A stretch of DNA of 64,000 bases, from NCBI GenBank assembly GCA_964016885.1, contig OZ024743.1, positions 374,046,001 to 374,110,000 on the forward strand, given 5' to 3'. This stretch comes from Eledone cirrhosa. Lineage: Eukaryota. The position numbers and the translations under genes are program-made. Below are positions 42,060 through 55,623 of the stretch, in pieces; the first letter of the stretch is position 1, and every line of letters starts with the position of its first letter. The notes under the pieces are model-generated. The model had not been told where the DNA came from. It worked only from the letters and a program-made list of their open reading frames with translations, and searched no databases.

Positions 42060-43829
42060 TTATTGCCGTGCATTTGTTTTTCTGGGTGTGGGGTGTGGTT
42101 CTGCTATTTTCTTGTCGTTGTTGCTGGGTGTGTGTGTTTTGTTGTTGTGTTTGCGATATTGGTGCTTGTGGTGTTGAGGTGTTGTTGTTGGTGGTGGGGT
42201 TGTCGCCGGTGGTGATGGTGGTGCTAGTGTGGGTGGTGATGGTGTTGGTGGTGTTGCTACTGTGAGTCTCTTTGCAGTAGACTTTACCCTTTTTTCATTT
42301 CTTTCCTCCCTTTTCAAAGGCGACGATGCGCTGCTTCTGCGTTTGTGCCTTCTTACGACCTTTTGCCATCCCTCTCCCACCTCACACTCCATGTCTGATT
42401 CTGTGAGGTCGGGGAGGGGTACCAGCTCCACTCTTTCACTTGTTGTTGTTGGTGATGTTTGCACTGGAGTCTCTGTTGCAGCTGCATTTGGTATTGCTGT
42501 TGTTGTTGTTGTTAATACTTCCACTGCTGCTGCTGTTTTTGATTTCCGTGGCGTGGGTATGGGTGCCACGGACCTATCGTTCCTGGTTGCTGCTTGTCCT
42601 GTTGCTGGTAGCCGTGGAGCCGGTTTCGGAAGGAGGGGGGATTTCTCCTTTCTCATGGTCTTCTCGTTGCAGAAGGCCCTGAGGTGAGTCTTCGATCCAC
42701 AGCGAAAGCATTTCGGGCGTTTGCCCTCAACACTTATGGGAAGTTGAGTGCCTTTATCGAAGTCTATCACATCCGGGATAGCTTCGATGCACTCCTGGTT
42801 GGTTTGGATTAACATCTCAATGGAAGTGTCGACCCAATCTTCTCTTACTTTTTTCTGTACTTGCAGTACAGTTGTTTTGTCCTCGATTCCGACGAGGACA
42901 GACGCGGCCAGCCAAGAAGGGGCCATCCCGGGGGGGACGTGGGTCAGTTTGACCCTCACAATTTTTTGCCCGCAGTAGGAGGGCACCAACACCATTTCCT
43001 CGCTCCTTAGGGTCACTACGGATTGAGCCTTTGCCTCCTGGGGTGTGGAAAAAAGTACGTCTACGGTGGCATATTTCTTGCCTCGGGTGATGTGTGTTTT
43101 CCGCCGCCACACAGACCCCAAGGCTTTTTGTATTTGAGCCTCTGTGGCTCTTTCCACCCTACGGGATTTTGTACTTACTGTACGGTACGTGACCGTACAG
43201 TGCTGTTGGGTTTCGAAAAATTTTTCCGCTGCCTTGCAGATTGCTCGGTGTCCAGTTTTTGTCACCATCTTCTTCGCTTCCTCTAATTCCTTATTTGTTA
43301 TGAGGATTGTTTCCAGGTTCTTCGCGATACCTGCAAACGAGATTGGTTTTTCTTTGCTGCTGTTGTTGTTGTTGTTGTTGTCGTCAGAGCTGCTGTTACT
43401 TTTGTTGTTGCTGCAGGTACTACGACTACTGCCGCCGCCGCTGTTGCTGTGGTTGTTGTTGTTGTTGCTGCTGCTAATGCTGTTGTTGTTTATGCTGCTG
43501 CTGATGCTGATGCGGCTGCTACTGTTGTTTTCATTGTCACTGTTGCTGTTGTTATTACGGCTGCTATTATTCCTGACGTCAGACGAATGAAATGGGTTTT
43601 CGTATTTCCCGCACACCTGTTTCGTCGTCGTTGTCGTCGTGGAGAAACCTTGCACGCTTTGCACGAGACTTTTCTTTTCTGTCGTCGCTTGCGAAAGAGA
43701 AGGGAGGGAGAGAGACACATTTAAAGAAGGGAGGGAGAGAGACAATCTTCTCTCTGCTGTAGTGACGATTGAGGAAGAAAAAGACGGAATGAGTGGGAGT
43801 GACCTATAAAAATTCTTTTTCGTAGCCAT
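42060..43829 (-). CDS. Tx1 ORF1 gag-like protein with CCHC zinc knuckle
   Basis: Long open frame (ATG at 43829); Asn/Ser-rich N-terminus; EGKRPKCFRCGSKTHLRAFC; GWQKVVRR; C-terminus possibly frameshifted. Confidence 0.85.
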   Translation of the reverse strand: MATKKNFYRSLPLIPSFSSSIVTTAERRLSLSLPSLNVSLSLPSLSQATTEKKSLVQSVQGFSTTTTTTKQVCGKYENPFHSSDVRNNSSRNNNSNSDNENNSSSRISISSSINNNSISSSNNNNNHSNSGGGSSRSTCSNNKSNSSSDDNNNNNNSSKEKPISFAGIAKNLETILITNKELEEAKKMVTKTGHRAICKAAEKFFETQQHCTVTYRTVSTKSRRVERATEAQIQKALGSVWRRKTHITRGKKYATVDVLFSTPQEAKAQSVVTLRSEEMVLVPSYCGQKIVRVKLTHVPPGMAPSWLAASVLVGIEDKTTVLQVQKKVREDWVDTSIEMLIQTNQECIEAIPDVIDFDKGTQLPISVEGKRPKCFRCGSKTHLRAFCNEKTMRKEKSPLLPKPAPRLPATGQAATRNDRSVAPIPTPRKSKTAAAVEVLTTTTTAIPNAAATETPVQTSPTTTSERVELVPLPDLTESDMECEVGEGWQKVVRRHKRRSSASSPLKREERNEKRVKSTAKRLTVATPPTPSPPTLAPPSPPATTPPPTTTPQHHKHQYRKHNNKTHTPSNNDKKIAEPHPTPRKTNARQ

Positions 43830-44047
43830 GTTTTTTTTTTTTTGTTTAAAATAAATATTGGGCACAAAACCCCAATAAGCAGTTATTTAACCCCGAAGGG
43901 CCAAATAACGGGCAGAAAGACCCCTCTCACGAGGAGGAGGGTGTTTTTGTCTACAAGTTGGTAAAAGTTTAAAACAATTTACAATTGTTATAGCGTTCAA
44001 AATTTACAATACCTTACAGAGCCGAGCCTCCGTCAACCATAGCATTC

Positions 44048-44091
<44 letters not shown>

Positions 44092-45084
44092 GAAGAAGAA
44101 GAAGACGCACGAGGTGGTAGAAGGTCATGAAATCGCTCCCGTAAGTTTTTGATTTTTAACATATTTAAATCAATTGTGAAATAACAATTCTTAGTACAAA
44201 TGTTGCATAAACCACCGAATGAAGTCCCATAAAATTTCGGATCCATATTATATTGTTATATCGCTCAAATATTCAATTTTGTATTATATATTTTGTATTA
44301 AAAAAAAGAAAATGGTTATAAATGGAAGAAAACACCCCCTGTCTACACTATATAGAACAGCCAAATAACAGCAATTTCACCAACACCAGAAACTTGATAC
44401 ACCACCTATCCCATCACACTAAATATAACAGCCAGATAACGGCAATTTCACCACCACCACCATCAATCCCGGCATGATAATAATAATTACTATTATTATT
44501 GTCTCAAATTTTAACAAAATGTTTAATTCCAATTTTACGGGAATATGTCAACACAATATATATTAAACATACGAACACAAACTCATAGATACTACATATC
44601 ACAAAACCCAGTAACCACAACGCCACCGCCGCCACCACCCCATCCATCATCTTGCTACCACTATCCCATCGCCGCCGCCACCACTCCTTCATTGCTACCA
44701 CCACTATTCCCCTGTTAACTTGAGAGAGAAAGGGGAAGGTGGCGGTATCACTAGACAAGGGAGAGGCTAGCAAAAGATATAAATAGATTGACTTAGTGAC
44801 CTGGCCACCGGCCAAACGTCAACAATCATCAACAACTATGGCACTGCTGGCTCACCCCTTCCTCACCAACAATATAAAAAGCCCCGGCACCACCACCGAC
44901 ATAGCCAACAACAATAACAGGCAACTACAGCAAAAAGTATATTATATTATTGTAATGCACTGGGTGATTACTGGCCTTGTGCCTGGAGTGGAGACAATTA
45001 TTAATAATTTCATTCTTAAGCCACGCAATGCTCACATTAAGGAACCACTCATGATAATAACAATTTAAAAAAAACAACAAAAAG

Positions 45085-48000
45085 AAAACCCCGTGACCAA
45101 GAAATACCGGGATGGTGGCCGGCGGGGAATAGCCGTGTCTCTAGGGGAGAACGACCCCTCTAGTCTTGGTTGACACTCGTTGTAGAAGTGGTAACACGAA
45201 ATGATTACCCCTTGGCGGATAACGATAAAACGCGACTAAATAAAGTAAATGTCTAATGATAAAATCTCATACCGGATCGGCCGTCACCCGGGTAAAAAAG
45301 GGCCGCGTCCCTCAGAGAGGAACCGGACTGGGGTCGAAAAATCAGCTAATGGTTCAAACCTTCCCATCACTTCGGAGCTGGAGACCTCCCATAACCGGAA
45401 TACTCCTACTGTTGGCCCTCCATGCTCACCACCAAGAAATCCAAAGAAAAAGAGAGAAAAATGGTCAAGGGAAGATAATAAAGAAGTCCTTGAGGCTTTC
45501 TACACTGCCATGTACTACCCATCAAATACATCCAATACAGAACAGACATATATCAACTGGAAAAAGAAACATCCCGAAAACAGAGGCTATATTGACAGTA
45601 ACAAACTAGCCAATATACGAAGAAATATTGTAAGAAAAAAGTTACTAACTGATATAGAAATTGATCAGATCAAGCTATTAGCACAAAGTCAGCGAAGGGA
45701 AAATGAAACATGTGTCAGTGAAAACGAGGTAAACAGTAACACTTCGAACCCCAGGGTTGGGGCGGAATCACTGGCAACAGAACAAATTAAAGAAAGGATC
45801 GAAAAAGTGGAGGGAGTGCATGCTCAGGATGAAACTCCAAATGAAAATAATGAGATCGTAAATGATAAAGAAATGAATGAGAATGAACTTGCCAACTTGA
45901 AGGATGAAATTATGATCGAATGGATGAAAATGAAAGAATCTGACATGGTGCAACGAGACACCCTCCCTAAGATCCAGAACTCCAAACAGAACCAAAAGAT
46001 AATACACAAGACTAACATAATTCTCAAAAACATTATCATCACAAACAAACTAAACATTACTGATTTAAATCATCTCTATTATGCATCGGCTAAAGTCACC
46101 ACTCACTTATGTGGAGTGAAGATGAAAAAACAAAGGAATTCCCACAAGAAATCTACTTGGCAAGATAACATCAATCGCCAAATAAACCTTCTCCGATCTG
46201 ACATAGAAATTTTAACAAACTATAAAGTAGGTGAACATGTTAAACAAACTAAACTTAGAAAATTGAAAAAAAAGTACAGTATAAAATCAACATGTGACAT
46301 AGACATGCTGATAGAAATAATCAAGCAAAAAGTGTCGGCCAAGCTGCTCGTATAAGGCGCTTTGAAAAACGATCTAGATTCTATAAGGACAATAATATGT
46401 TCAAAAACAACCAAAGAAACTTCTACAGAAAAATTGGTAAGTCAACAATAACTGCTAAATCAATACCACCCAAGGAGGAAGTGCAAGAATTCTGGGAAAA
46501 GATCTGGGCCGAAGAAAAAGTTCATAACATACATGCCCCATGGATAGACAGACAAATGAAAGATACAGCTCACCTTGAGGAACAAATATGGGAAAATATA
46601 ACAGTTGAACAGTTGCGCTTGGCTCTAAGAAAAACCAGCAAATGGAAATCCCCAGGAAAAGACAAAATACAAAACTTTTGGATAAATGCCTTCACAGAGT
46701 CTCATGAGCTGTTAGCCCAACTTTACAATGAAATAGTTAAGGAGCCAGAAAAGATACCTTCATGGCTAGTTAACGGCATTACATTCCTGCTTCCGAAGAA
46801 TGATGAGACAAACAATCCCCAAAATTACAGACCGATAACTTGCTTGACCACAATGTATAAAATTTTAACATCAGTCCTAACTGAATACACATATGACCAC
46901 CTGATAACAAATGACCTATTTCCCATTGAGCAGAAAGGGTGTAAACGAGGCTCATATGGCTGTAAGGATCAGCTTTTGGTTAACAAAATGATACTGGAAG
47001 ATTGTCATAATAGACACAAAAATCTATCGATTTCTTGGATAGATTATAAAAAAGCATTCGATAGTTTGCCACACAGTTGGATTGAAAAATGTTAAGAGAT
47101 TTTCAAAATATCCCCCGTTGTCAGGAGGTTTTTGTCATTCAGTATGAAGACATGGAAAACGACACTCCTTTTGAATAGTGAAACAAAATCACTGGAAGCT
47201 GGAGAAGTTAATATTAATTGTGGAATTTTTCAGGGTGACTCTTTATCACCGCTTTTATTCTGCATCGCACTTATACCATTAAGTAAAATGCTCAATGAAA
47301 CAAAACATGGATATAAAGTATATGACAAAACCATTAATCACTTGTTCTATATGGATGGCCTGAAACTATTTGCAAAAAATGATGAACAATTGCAAGGTCT
47401 ATTATCCACTGTGGAGCAGTTCAGTGATGACATTAAAATGGAGTTTGGACTAGATAAATGCGCCAAAGCAACGTTCACCAGAGGAAAGCTGCTGGAGAGT
47501 TCAGACATTAATCTTGATCGGGGGAACGTGATAAGAGAACTTGATCAAGAAAAAACTTACAAATATCTAGGTGTTTGTGAAGGAGACGGAATCAAGCACT
47601 CGACAATGAGGGAAAGGATAAGGAAGGAATGTTACCGGAGAGTAAGAGCAATCTTAAGAACGGAATTGAATGCAAGGAATAGGATCGATGCCATAAACAC
47701 GCTTGCCATACCAGTAGTAACCTACAGTTACAATGTCATCAACTGGTCAAGCACAGAGATCCGTAGGCTCGATACAAAAATTCGAAAATTCTTAACCATG
47801 CACAGAATGCATCACCCTAAGGCAGATATAGATAGAATATATCTCCTTAGGAAAGAAGGAGGACGTGGGTTAATCCAGTTAGACATTGCGTTGAAAACTG
47901 CAACAATTGGATTATCTACATATCTAAGGGAATCACATGATTGGATGATCAAACTCGTTTTGAAACACGAAAGCATCAAAAGATCATATTCCATTACAAA

Positions 48001-49066
48001 AGATGCACAAAGATACAGCAATGGACTACAAATTTCAGAAGTCCCATTTACTGCTGAAATGGAAAACACAGAAAAAGAAAAGCAGGTAAAAGTAACTGCA
48101 AAGAAAGAACTGCTACAGAAACTGGCTAAGAAATGGCAAGAAAAGCCTCTGTATGGAAAATACCCAGAGCGTGCTAACAATCCTGATGTTGACAAAACTT
48201 TAACCCATGAGTGGTTGGCATCCTCTGGACTGAAATCGGAGACTGAAGGACTGATTATATCAGCACAAGATCAGTGTCTGCCAACAAAAAATTACCAACC
48301 CAACATAATAAAAAATGGATGCAGCCCATTATGCCGTGTATGCAAAAAACAACCAGAGACCATTGACCATATAATTTCAATGTGCAGTACTATAGCTCCA
48401 ACCGAATACCTAAACAGGCATGACAGAGCTGCACAATACATACATTAGATAATGTGTAAGCATTTTGACCTGCCCCATCAAAAGAATTGGTGGGAGCATC
48501 AACCATCTCCCATACTTGAAAAAGATCACATCTCAATCTTGTGGAACTTTAGCATCCAAACAGACCGAAAAATAGATGCAAATAGACCTGCTATAATATT
48601 GAAGGACTTTAAAAAAGGGTATGTCTGTTAATTGATATATCTGTTCCAATAGACAAGAATGTATGTATAAAAACATTTGAAAAATTGAGCAAGTATAAAG
48701 ACCTGGAGATAGAAATTGGAAAAATGTGGAAATTGAGAACTAAAACAATACCAGTGGTTGTAGGCGCTCTGGGAATGATACCTAAGGGGTCTAATGATTA
48801 CTTATCGCAAATCCCAGGAAACCCGCGTATAGGAGAAATACAAAAGATAGTACTAATGGGAACTGCCCATATACTAAGGAAGATTCTGTCAATATAAGTA
48901 CATCACAAGTCTAAACACTAAAGATGCATGTGTGAGTATGTATGTTCTTTCTTGAACATGGCGGACCTTGTTGTCTCTTGAGGTCACTGGTTGTGACTTG
49001 GTGATAACTCGTATGAACATAAAGCAAGATAAATGCAACTGTAATAATAATAATAATAAAAATAAT
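45085..49066 (+). mobile_element. Near full-length R4/Dong-like RT-RLE retrotransposon ending in (TAA)n
   Basis: Single broken ORF 45249-48897; 3' UTR; (taa)n tail from ~49042. Confidence 0.92.
45249..48897 (+). pseudogene. RT-RLE polyprotein with stops/frameshifts
   Basis: KWSREDNKEV N-terminus, WKSPGKD, YRPITCL, DYKKAFDS, GIFQGDSLSP, YMDG (mutated YMDD), CRVC..HIISMC, RHD, NRP..LIDISVP, KYKDL, PVVVGALG. Confidence 0.92.
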
Positions 49067-49345
49067 GATTTCATTTATTAGCCACAAGGGCCGACATGTA
49101 GGGGACAATACAAAGACAGGGACAGTGGGGGTTTACAATAAGGTCGAGTAAAAGTGCACAATGGCAAGACTAATTTAACAATGAAAATATAAAAATATAA
49201 AATAAACTATGCATAAATATAACAAAATAAATTCCCCGATAGGGGGTGGACGACCCTGGGGTGATTCGGGTACCCCACCAATCCTGCACCACCCTGCGCT
49301 TCTAGGGAACCCAGGGAGAGCACCCCTCTCCTCAAGTTAGCCAGC

Positions 49346-52300
49346 CTATAGGCGCATGGTCAGAGTAGGCCCATTCACACGAGCCATTCTCGCCACATTC
49401 ACCCACCTTTTAGCAAATGTACTGGGGGGCAGCATTTCTCTCTCCATCCTCACCCTCCTTTCCAGGTGAAACTTGAAGAAGTTGATGAGGGATTGGTCTG
49501 TCTTTAGTCCTTTCAGCCTGGTCCACCATATAATCTCTTTCGCAACTGCCACCAGGCAGAGGAAAATGTCCTGCTCTTCCTGACCTAAGGAAGGTGGCGG
49601 CTCGATCTTCACTATGGACTCGGCCGATAGCCGGATTCGTTCCACACGCGACAGTAGCTCTTCGACATAACTCCACAACTCAGTAATGCACGGACATTGG
49701 ACAAGTGCGTGCAGAACGGTTTCGTCGTTCTGTGCGCATCTTGGGCAGGTCCGTCTGACAGCACTTCCGTGCCTGTAGAGTTTATTCCGAACCGGCAGGG
49801 CCCCAATGTAGCACTGCCAAGCGAGGGATTTCTGGAAATTGTCCATCGTCCCCGGCTCAAAAGTCCTCCGGTACAGACTAGTCAGTTCGACTTTGTCGAG
49901 GCCCAAAGCTTCTCCGAGTGCGTCATCGCACTTGCCCACCACTAATCCTCTATAGAACTCGAGAGTGGAAGTTCCACTGATCGCATTGCCCGCTTGGTAG
50001 AGGGTAGTGAGTGCCTGGCAACATTTCAGGTGCCAGTCACCCAGTCTCGGTCTCTTCTTGACCCAGGACTGCAGCTCAGTCAAAGAAATGAGCTGCGGAA
50101 AGGCCCGTCTGATAAACGGCGACCACACCTGTTCACCATTGAGGCAGAATATCTGGAGATGTCGCAGCCTCAACGCATGTCTGCGCATCATTAGCCACGG
50201 CATGCCCAGCCCTCCGCGTAGAGGGTGCTGGCAGCAGATGGACCGCCTCACCAACGGAACTTGTCCCCTCCACAAGAATTTGAAGAGGAGCCGTTCCAAC
50301 TTGACGAGGCGCGGACGGGGCAAGGCACGATGGTTAGGCGGTAGTAGATGACGGCGCGATGTACGCATTCCCCACCTCCGCGCGACCTTTCAGTGATAGC
50401 TTCCTCCCAGCCCATTTTTGGGTGAGACTGGCTACTCTGCTCGTTACCTCGTCCCAATTCTTTTCCACCTGGAGGTCTGGTCCGAACCAAACCCCGAGCA
50501 ACTTTATCGGTCCGTCCGTCCAGCGCCCCACGACGCTGTTGGACGGCATGGGCTTGCCTCTCCAGGTTCCGAGCTGCAAGCCCACCGACTTTTCCGGGTT
50601 AAGTTTGGCTCCTGTCAACCTTTCATATTCCTTCAGTAAGGTGCCGACCACCTCGATTTATGAGGTGTTCGACACCATCACGGTGATGTCGTCCGCATAA
50701 GCCGACACCGCCTTTCCACGTCCCGGTTCGAGCGGGATGCCCTGCAACAGCTCCAGCTTCCGCAGTAAAGGCTCGAGAGTCAATACGTACAGAAGGGAAG
50801 AGAGAGGGCACCCTTGACGGACCGATTGGGAGAGCCGAAATGGTTCCGAGAGGTGGCCATTAACCTTGACCACCGAGCGTGTGCCGCTGTGCATTGCAAC
50901 GATCCAGCTTCTAAAGACAGGGCCGAAGCCAGTTGTTTTGAGGACAAACTCCAGATACCGATGGTCGACCCTATCGAATGCTTTCGATTGATCTAAATTG
51001 ATCAGTGCCCCACCGAAGCCAGGTTTACACCCTACCCTCTCTATGATGTATCGCATGAGGTGGAGATTGTCGTGTATGGACCTGGCTGGGATTGCGCAAG
51101 TTTGCGCCTCCCCAACCAAATCCTCGACGACAAGCGCCAATCTCTTTGCTAACACCCTGGCCAAAATCTTAAACTCTGTGTTGAGCAGAGTTATGGGCCT
51201 GAAGTTGTCTAATGTATCCCTCTTGTTCTCGTCTTTCCTTATCAGCGTCACCACTCCCCTGCTCACAGAACTGGGAATACTCCCATTCTGTTGCCAGTTG
51301 CAGTAGAGTGCTTCGAGGAGTTCGGAGAACAAGTCTGGCATATTTACGTAAAGCTCGTAGGGCAGGCCATCCAAACCGGGTGACTTGCGCCTCATGCAGC
51401 CGACAAGGACGTCCTGAATTTCGGCTGAAGTAATCGGCCTTTCGCAGCGCTCAGCATCGACCGTCGAGATGCACGGCAAGCCGTCAAGGTAGGGACTGAA
51501 ATTCGCTACTCTCTCTGACTCGCCACTCTCCCTGAACAACCGAGCAAAGTGCTGGCGAAAGGCCTCACACATCCGCTTGGAATCGCTTATCTCGTGTCCG
51601 TCTCGGTCCGCCAAGGACCGAATTGTGGTTTTATTACCACGCTGCGCCTCCGCCACGCGGGCCCATCGAACAGCTTTAGTTCCCTCGCTTCTCAGCGCAC
51701 GCGCCTTAGCTCTGACAATACAACCTTCGTGTTTGGCGTTGAAGAAATGGTCTAATGCCATTCTCGCCGCTAGCACGTCAGTTGCGATGCCACTACAAAT
51801 AGCCTCGTCTAACTTATCTACCAGCTCCCCCTCCTTTCTATTTTTCTCTAACGCTAGTTCTTTGCTGAACTCTATCGAAGTTACTCTAATCTCTCTTTTG
51901 AGAGCCCCCCACCATCTGTTGTTGATGATCCCCCTGTCAACTTTTGTTTAACTAAATTGTTGACTCGGTCCCTGTAAGCCTTACGTGCCGGAAATGACAT
52001 GTTCAGCTTCCAGTAACCCGGTCCTAACCTACGCGTTTTATTTAGGTCGACCGTACAGATCACAAATTTGTGATCTGAATAGGCGACCGTTTTAAAAAGT
52101 GGACAGCCCACACTATTTCTATCTATTTTCCTAATGAAGATCCTGTCTATATACGATCTAGATGACCCCATTCGGTTGGTCCATGTCCATACTGGCACAT
52201 TGGGGAAATCTAGTCGATACCTGTCAGACAGTTGGAACTGGCTGAGTAGGTGCTTGAGGCTTTTGCACCCCCCGCTCCTATCGGCTACTCCCACACAATC

Positions 52301-52750
52301 CCAGCGTGCGTCTAAGATGCCATTACAGTCCCCCGCTAACAGTAAAGGGCGAGACGTACCCAGAAAGGTCTCCAGGCGCCTAAAGAAGTCAGGTCGTCCG
52401 GCCCCTGTAGGGGCGTAGACGGCCAGCAGTCTAAAGGCACCACCTTCGCTACTGCTCACATCCAAGACCACCAACTTACCGTCCGGGTCCCGGAAGATCG
52501 ACCTTACCTCGAGATCCAGTCCTTTCCTAAACAGAACTGCCACCCCACCCCCCATTCCCGGCCTGCTAACAGATGCGAGAATCTGATAGTCGTCGAAAAT
52601 GGGGGCTAGTGCGCGCGTGTCGGAAATTCTGGTCTCGCTTACGGCAATCACATCCATTTCCAGCGACCGGAGGTCGTTGAGCAGGCGACCCTGCTTCCAG
52701 GGTTACCCCAGGCCGCGAACATTTAAACTTCCTACTCTTAATATGGCCAT
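49346..52750 (-). pseudogene. Tx1 ORF2 APE-RT-zinc finger (frameshifted)
   Basis: VSET, AGDCN, YID, SDH, RQGCPLS, AYADDI, CPRC..ETVLHALVQC. Confidence 0.93.
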
Positions 52751-52781
52751 ATTGGTAAGCTAAGAGAGAGAGAGGGAAGGT

Positions 52782-54713
52782 TTACTTACCTCCCGGGTCT
52801 TGTGAAGGTCGGGTGGTTCGACCTCCATGGTTGGTTGGGTTTCTTTTGGGAACCCCTTTAAAAGTCTTGATGTGGGTTTCACATTCGGGGTTCCCACGTC
52901 TTGAGGAAAGCTCTCTCGAATTTCTTTGAAGGAATTGAGTGACATTCGGACCAGAAGCAAATCTTCTGGCACGCAAAATGTGCTCATTTCAAAAATCTCC
53001 CCCTCTGTGTGAATGTCCTCGCTTCGCGCTAAGAGGGCCATCAGTTTATCGTTGGCCCTTCTGACAAGCACGAAGTTTTTAACATTTTGTTGGTGTGGTT
53101 TTATTTGTTTTCGTTTTGGTGAAGGTGGTGGCGATGGTTTTGGTGGTGTTGTTTCGGGTATGTCTATGTTTGTTGTAGGTGTGGTGTCTGCAATTTCAGG
53201 TATTTGTGTGTTTATTTGTACTTGTGTTTGTTTAGGTTGTTTGCGTTTCGGGGATTGTGGAGGTGGTGTCGATGTTGCTGTTGGTGATGATGTTATTGGG
53301 GAAGTGTTTGCGTTAGTGGTGTCTGTATTTTTTGTTGTGTGTGTTTTTTGTGTTTTGTTGGGGCTTTTTTTGTGTGAGTTTTCTCTGTTTTTTTTGCACT
53401 TTTGGGTTTTCCTTCATCTTCGCTGCTGGAAGACAAAGGGTCTGTGTCTGTGAGTGTCTCTGTGTCTGTGTGTGCGTTTATTGTTTTGTCTATGTGTATA
53501 ATTGTGTGGGGGTAGGGGGGGAGCTTTCCTCGTTTTCTCCTTGGATTGGTTTTGGTGTTGGTGGTGATCCGGCTGCTTTTGATGTTGGTGTCCGTGTTTT
53601 TGTTGATGTTGTTTTTGGTGGTGGTGGTGGTGCAGCTTTCCGTGCTGACACTGGCGTTGGCAACAAAGGAGGTTTGCGACCCCCTGCATTTTTGCGCTGA
53701 GGGCAGAAGGCTTGAAGATGCGTTGCTTCCCCGCAAACGAAGCAGCGTGGCCTTCTTCCGTCAATCATTAGTTGGATTGTTGTCCCGTCCTGCAGGCGGG
53801 AAAAATCCGGGATGTTATTCATATCCTCCGGTTTCATTTGGAGAAGAATCTCCAAATCCATTCCGGACCAGTCCTCTCTCTCTGTCCTTTTGATGTCCAG
53901 GAGGGTGGTGTCTGTCCCCTCCTCGATTACGCATCCCAGCAGCCACCATATGTTCATTCCTGGTGGGATGCTGGGAATGCGTACCTTCACTGTCCTTTTA
54001 CCCATATAGGACGGATGCATGATAATGCGTTCCGTTCTGCAGGGGGTCACCGAGTGCTTAATAGCGAGGGCCTCGGTTTTGAACAGTACCGAGATGGTAC
54101 CGTACTGTTTGCCTCTTGCTTTGTACTCTATGTTACTTCCGATGTACTCCAAAGCAGCCTCTACCTCTGCTTGGCTCGCAAGTTCCACTTTTCGTGTCTG
54201 CACCGAAATACATCGAAAGAACACCGTCCTCCTTTGTATGGCCGCTATTGCCTCGCCCGGGATGGTCAGGTTTGCCCAGGACTTCTCCCGTTTAATTAGC
54301 CTCCACGCTTTGGCCAACTGTTCGTCTTTATCGCTAATATCAATATCAATATTCAATAAGCGCTTTGTTTTTGCTGCTGCTGCCGCAAATGTGGTGTTTC
54401 TGATACTCTTATTGTTGTTGTTGTCATTCTTGCTGTTGCCTCCGCCATCCTTGTTTACATTGAAGCTGTCGGTGTTATTGTCGTTATTGCTCTGAGTTGT
54501 TGTTGTGGTGGTGGTGGTGGTGATGTCGTTTTCAGATGATACTGTTGCTATCACAGAAGGTTGTGATGGAAGCTTTTGAGTTTTGCCTTCACATTCAGTA
54601 GAGTGGATGACAGGCATGACTGTAGCCGTCGTAGTCGTGGTGAAATCTACAGTGGCTGCCTTTAAACTTTTGACCTGAACGTTGTTTACCGTTTCAAGGT
54701 CGAAAATTTCCAT
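52782..54713 (-). pseudogene. Tx1 ORF1 (407-aa open frame, then frameshifted tail)
   Basis: Thr/Asn-rich N-terminus, HPSYMGKR, DGRRPRCFVCGEATHLQAFC. Confidence 0.85.
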
Positions 54714-55435
54714 AATTTTCTTTTGGTGGGGAAGCGATTTTTTTCGAAGTTTTTAAAAATAAATCTGAATATTCGGGCTTAAAGCCCGAATATTGAGAGG
54801 TATCCCTCTCTTTAAATCAAGATGCGTACCTTAAGTTTCGTTAATGACAAGAAAATACAAAAAAAAGGACACTTTAAAACAGCTTAAAGTTACGAACCTT
54901 TCCCCCCGCAGATTTGTACTGTCTTCACACATGTAGGGCCATACGACGGATGGGCGGCTTGTATAACACACAGACACACACACAGGCCGGCTACACGTAA
55001 AACATAACTTGGAAGACGGACGACGGATGGGCGGAATAATAATAATAGTTGTCTAAATACAGGAATAGAGTTTTCAGTTGTTATTTTCTTCTAGAAATCA
55101 TTTACTGATGTTTTATTCATATTGAAGTTTCTGTTGTTTGCTTTTGGTTGTTGTTGTTGCTGGTGTTTTCTTTGTTATTGTATTTTAGCTTTTTCGATTT
55201 ATGTATATATACATTTCAAATTTATTTATTTTTGGTTTATTTGTTCAGATAATCTGTTTAATTACTATTTAGGATATTGATGTTTATTTTTATATTTTTG
55301 CGAGTTATTATTATAATAATTATTATTATTGTTGTTGTTGGCGTCGTCACTGTTGTTGCTGTTGTAATCTCGTTTTGAGGAAGGGATGAATATTAATCAA
55401 TAATTCATGAATAGCTGTCACAATATCTTATAATA

Positions 55436-55623
55436 ATTGTTTCTACTTCTGGCACAAGGCCAGCAAATGCCAGTGCATTACTGGTGCTTTATTTTATCGA
55501 CCCCGTAAGGATGAAAGGCAAAGTTAACCTCGGTGGGATTTGAACTCAGATCATAAAGGGCCGTAACTCTATGCTGCAAAGCATGGCGTCCGACCCTCTA
55601 CCGATACTGCCAATCCACCCCCC
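55436..55623 (-). mobile_element. SINE family A copy
   Basis: Reverse complement of the 3020-3206 SINE. Confidence 0.85.

Larger units (their letters stand above)
38045..44046 (-). mobile_element. Tx1-clade non-LTR retrotransposon copy 2 (near full length)
   Basis: ORF1 plus ORF2, 3' AATAAA; (AAT)n tracts on both sides (~37991-38045, ~44048-44090). Confidence 0.95.
49067..55034 (-). mobile_element. Tx1-clade non-LTR retrotransposon copy 3, inserted in the (TAA)n tail of the Dong-like element
   Basis: ORF1 plus ORF2; (AAT)n on both sides (~49042-49066, ~55035-55047). Confidence 0.93.
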
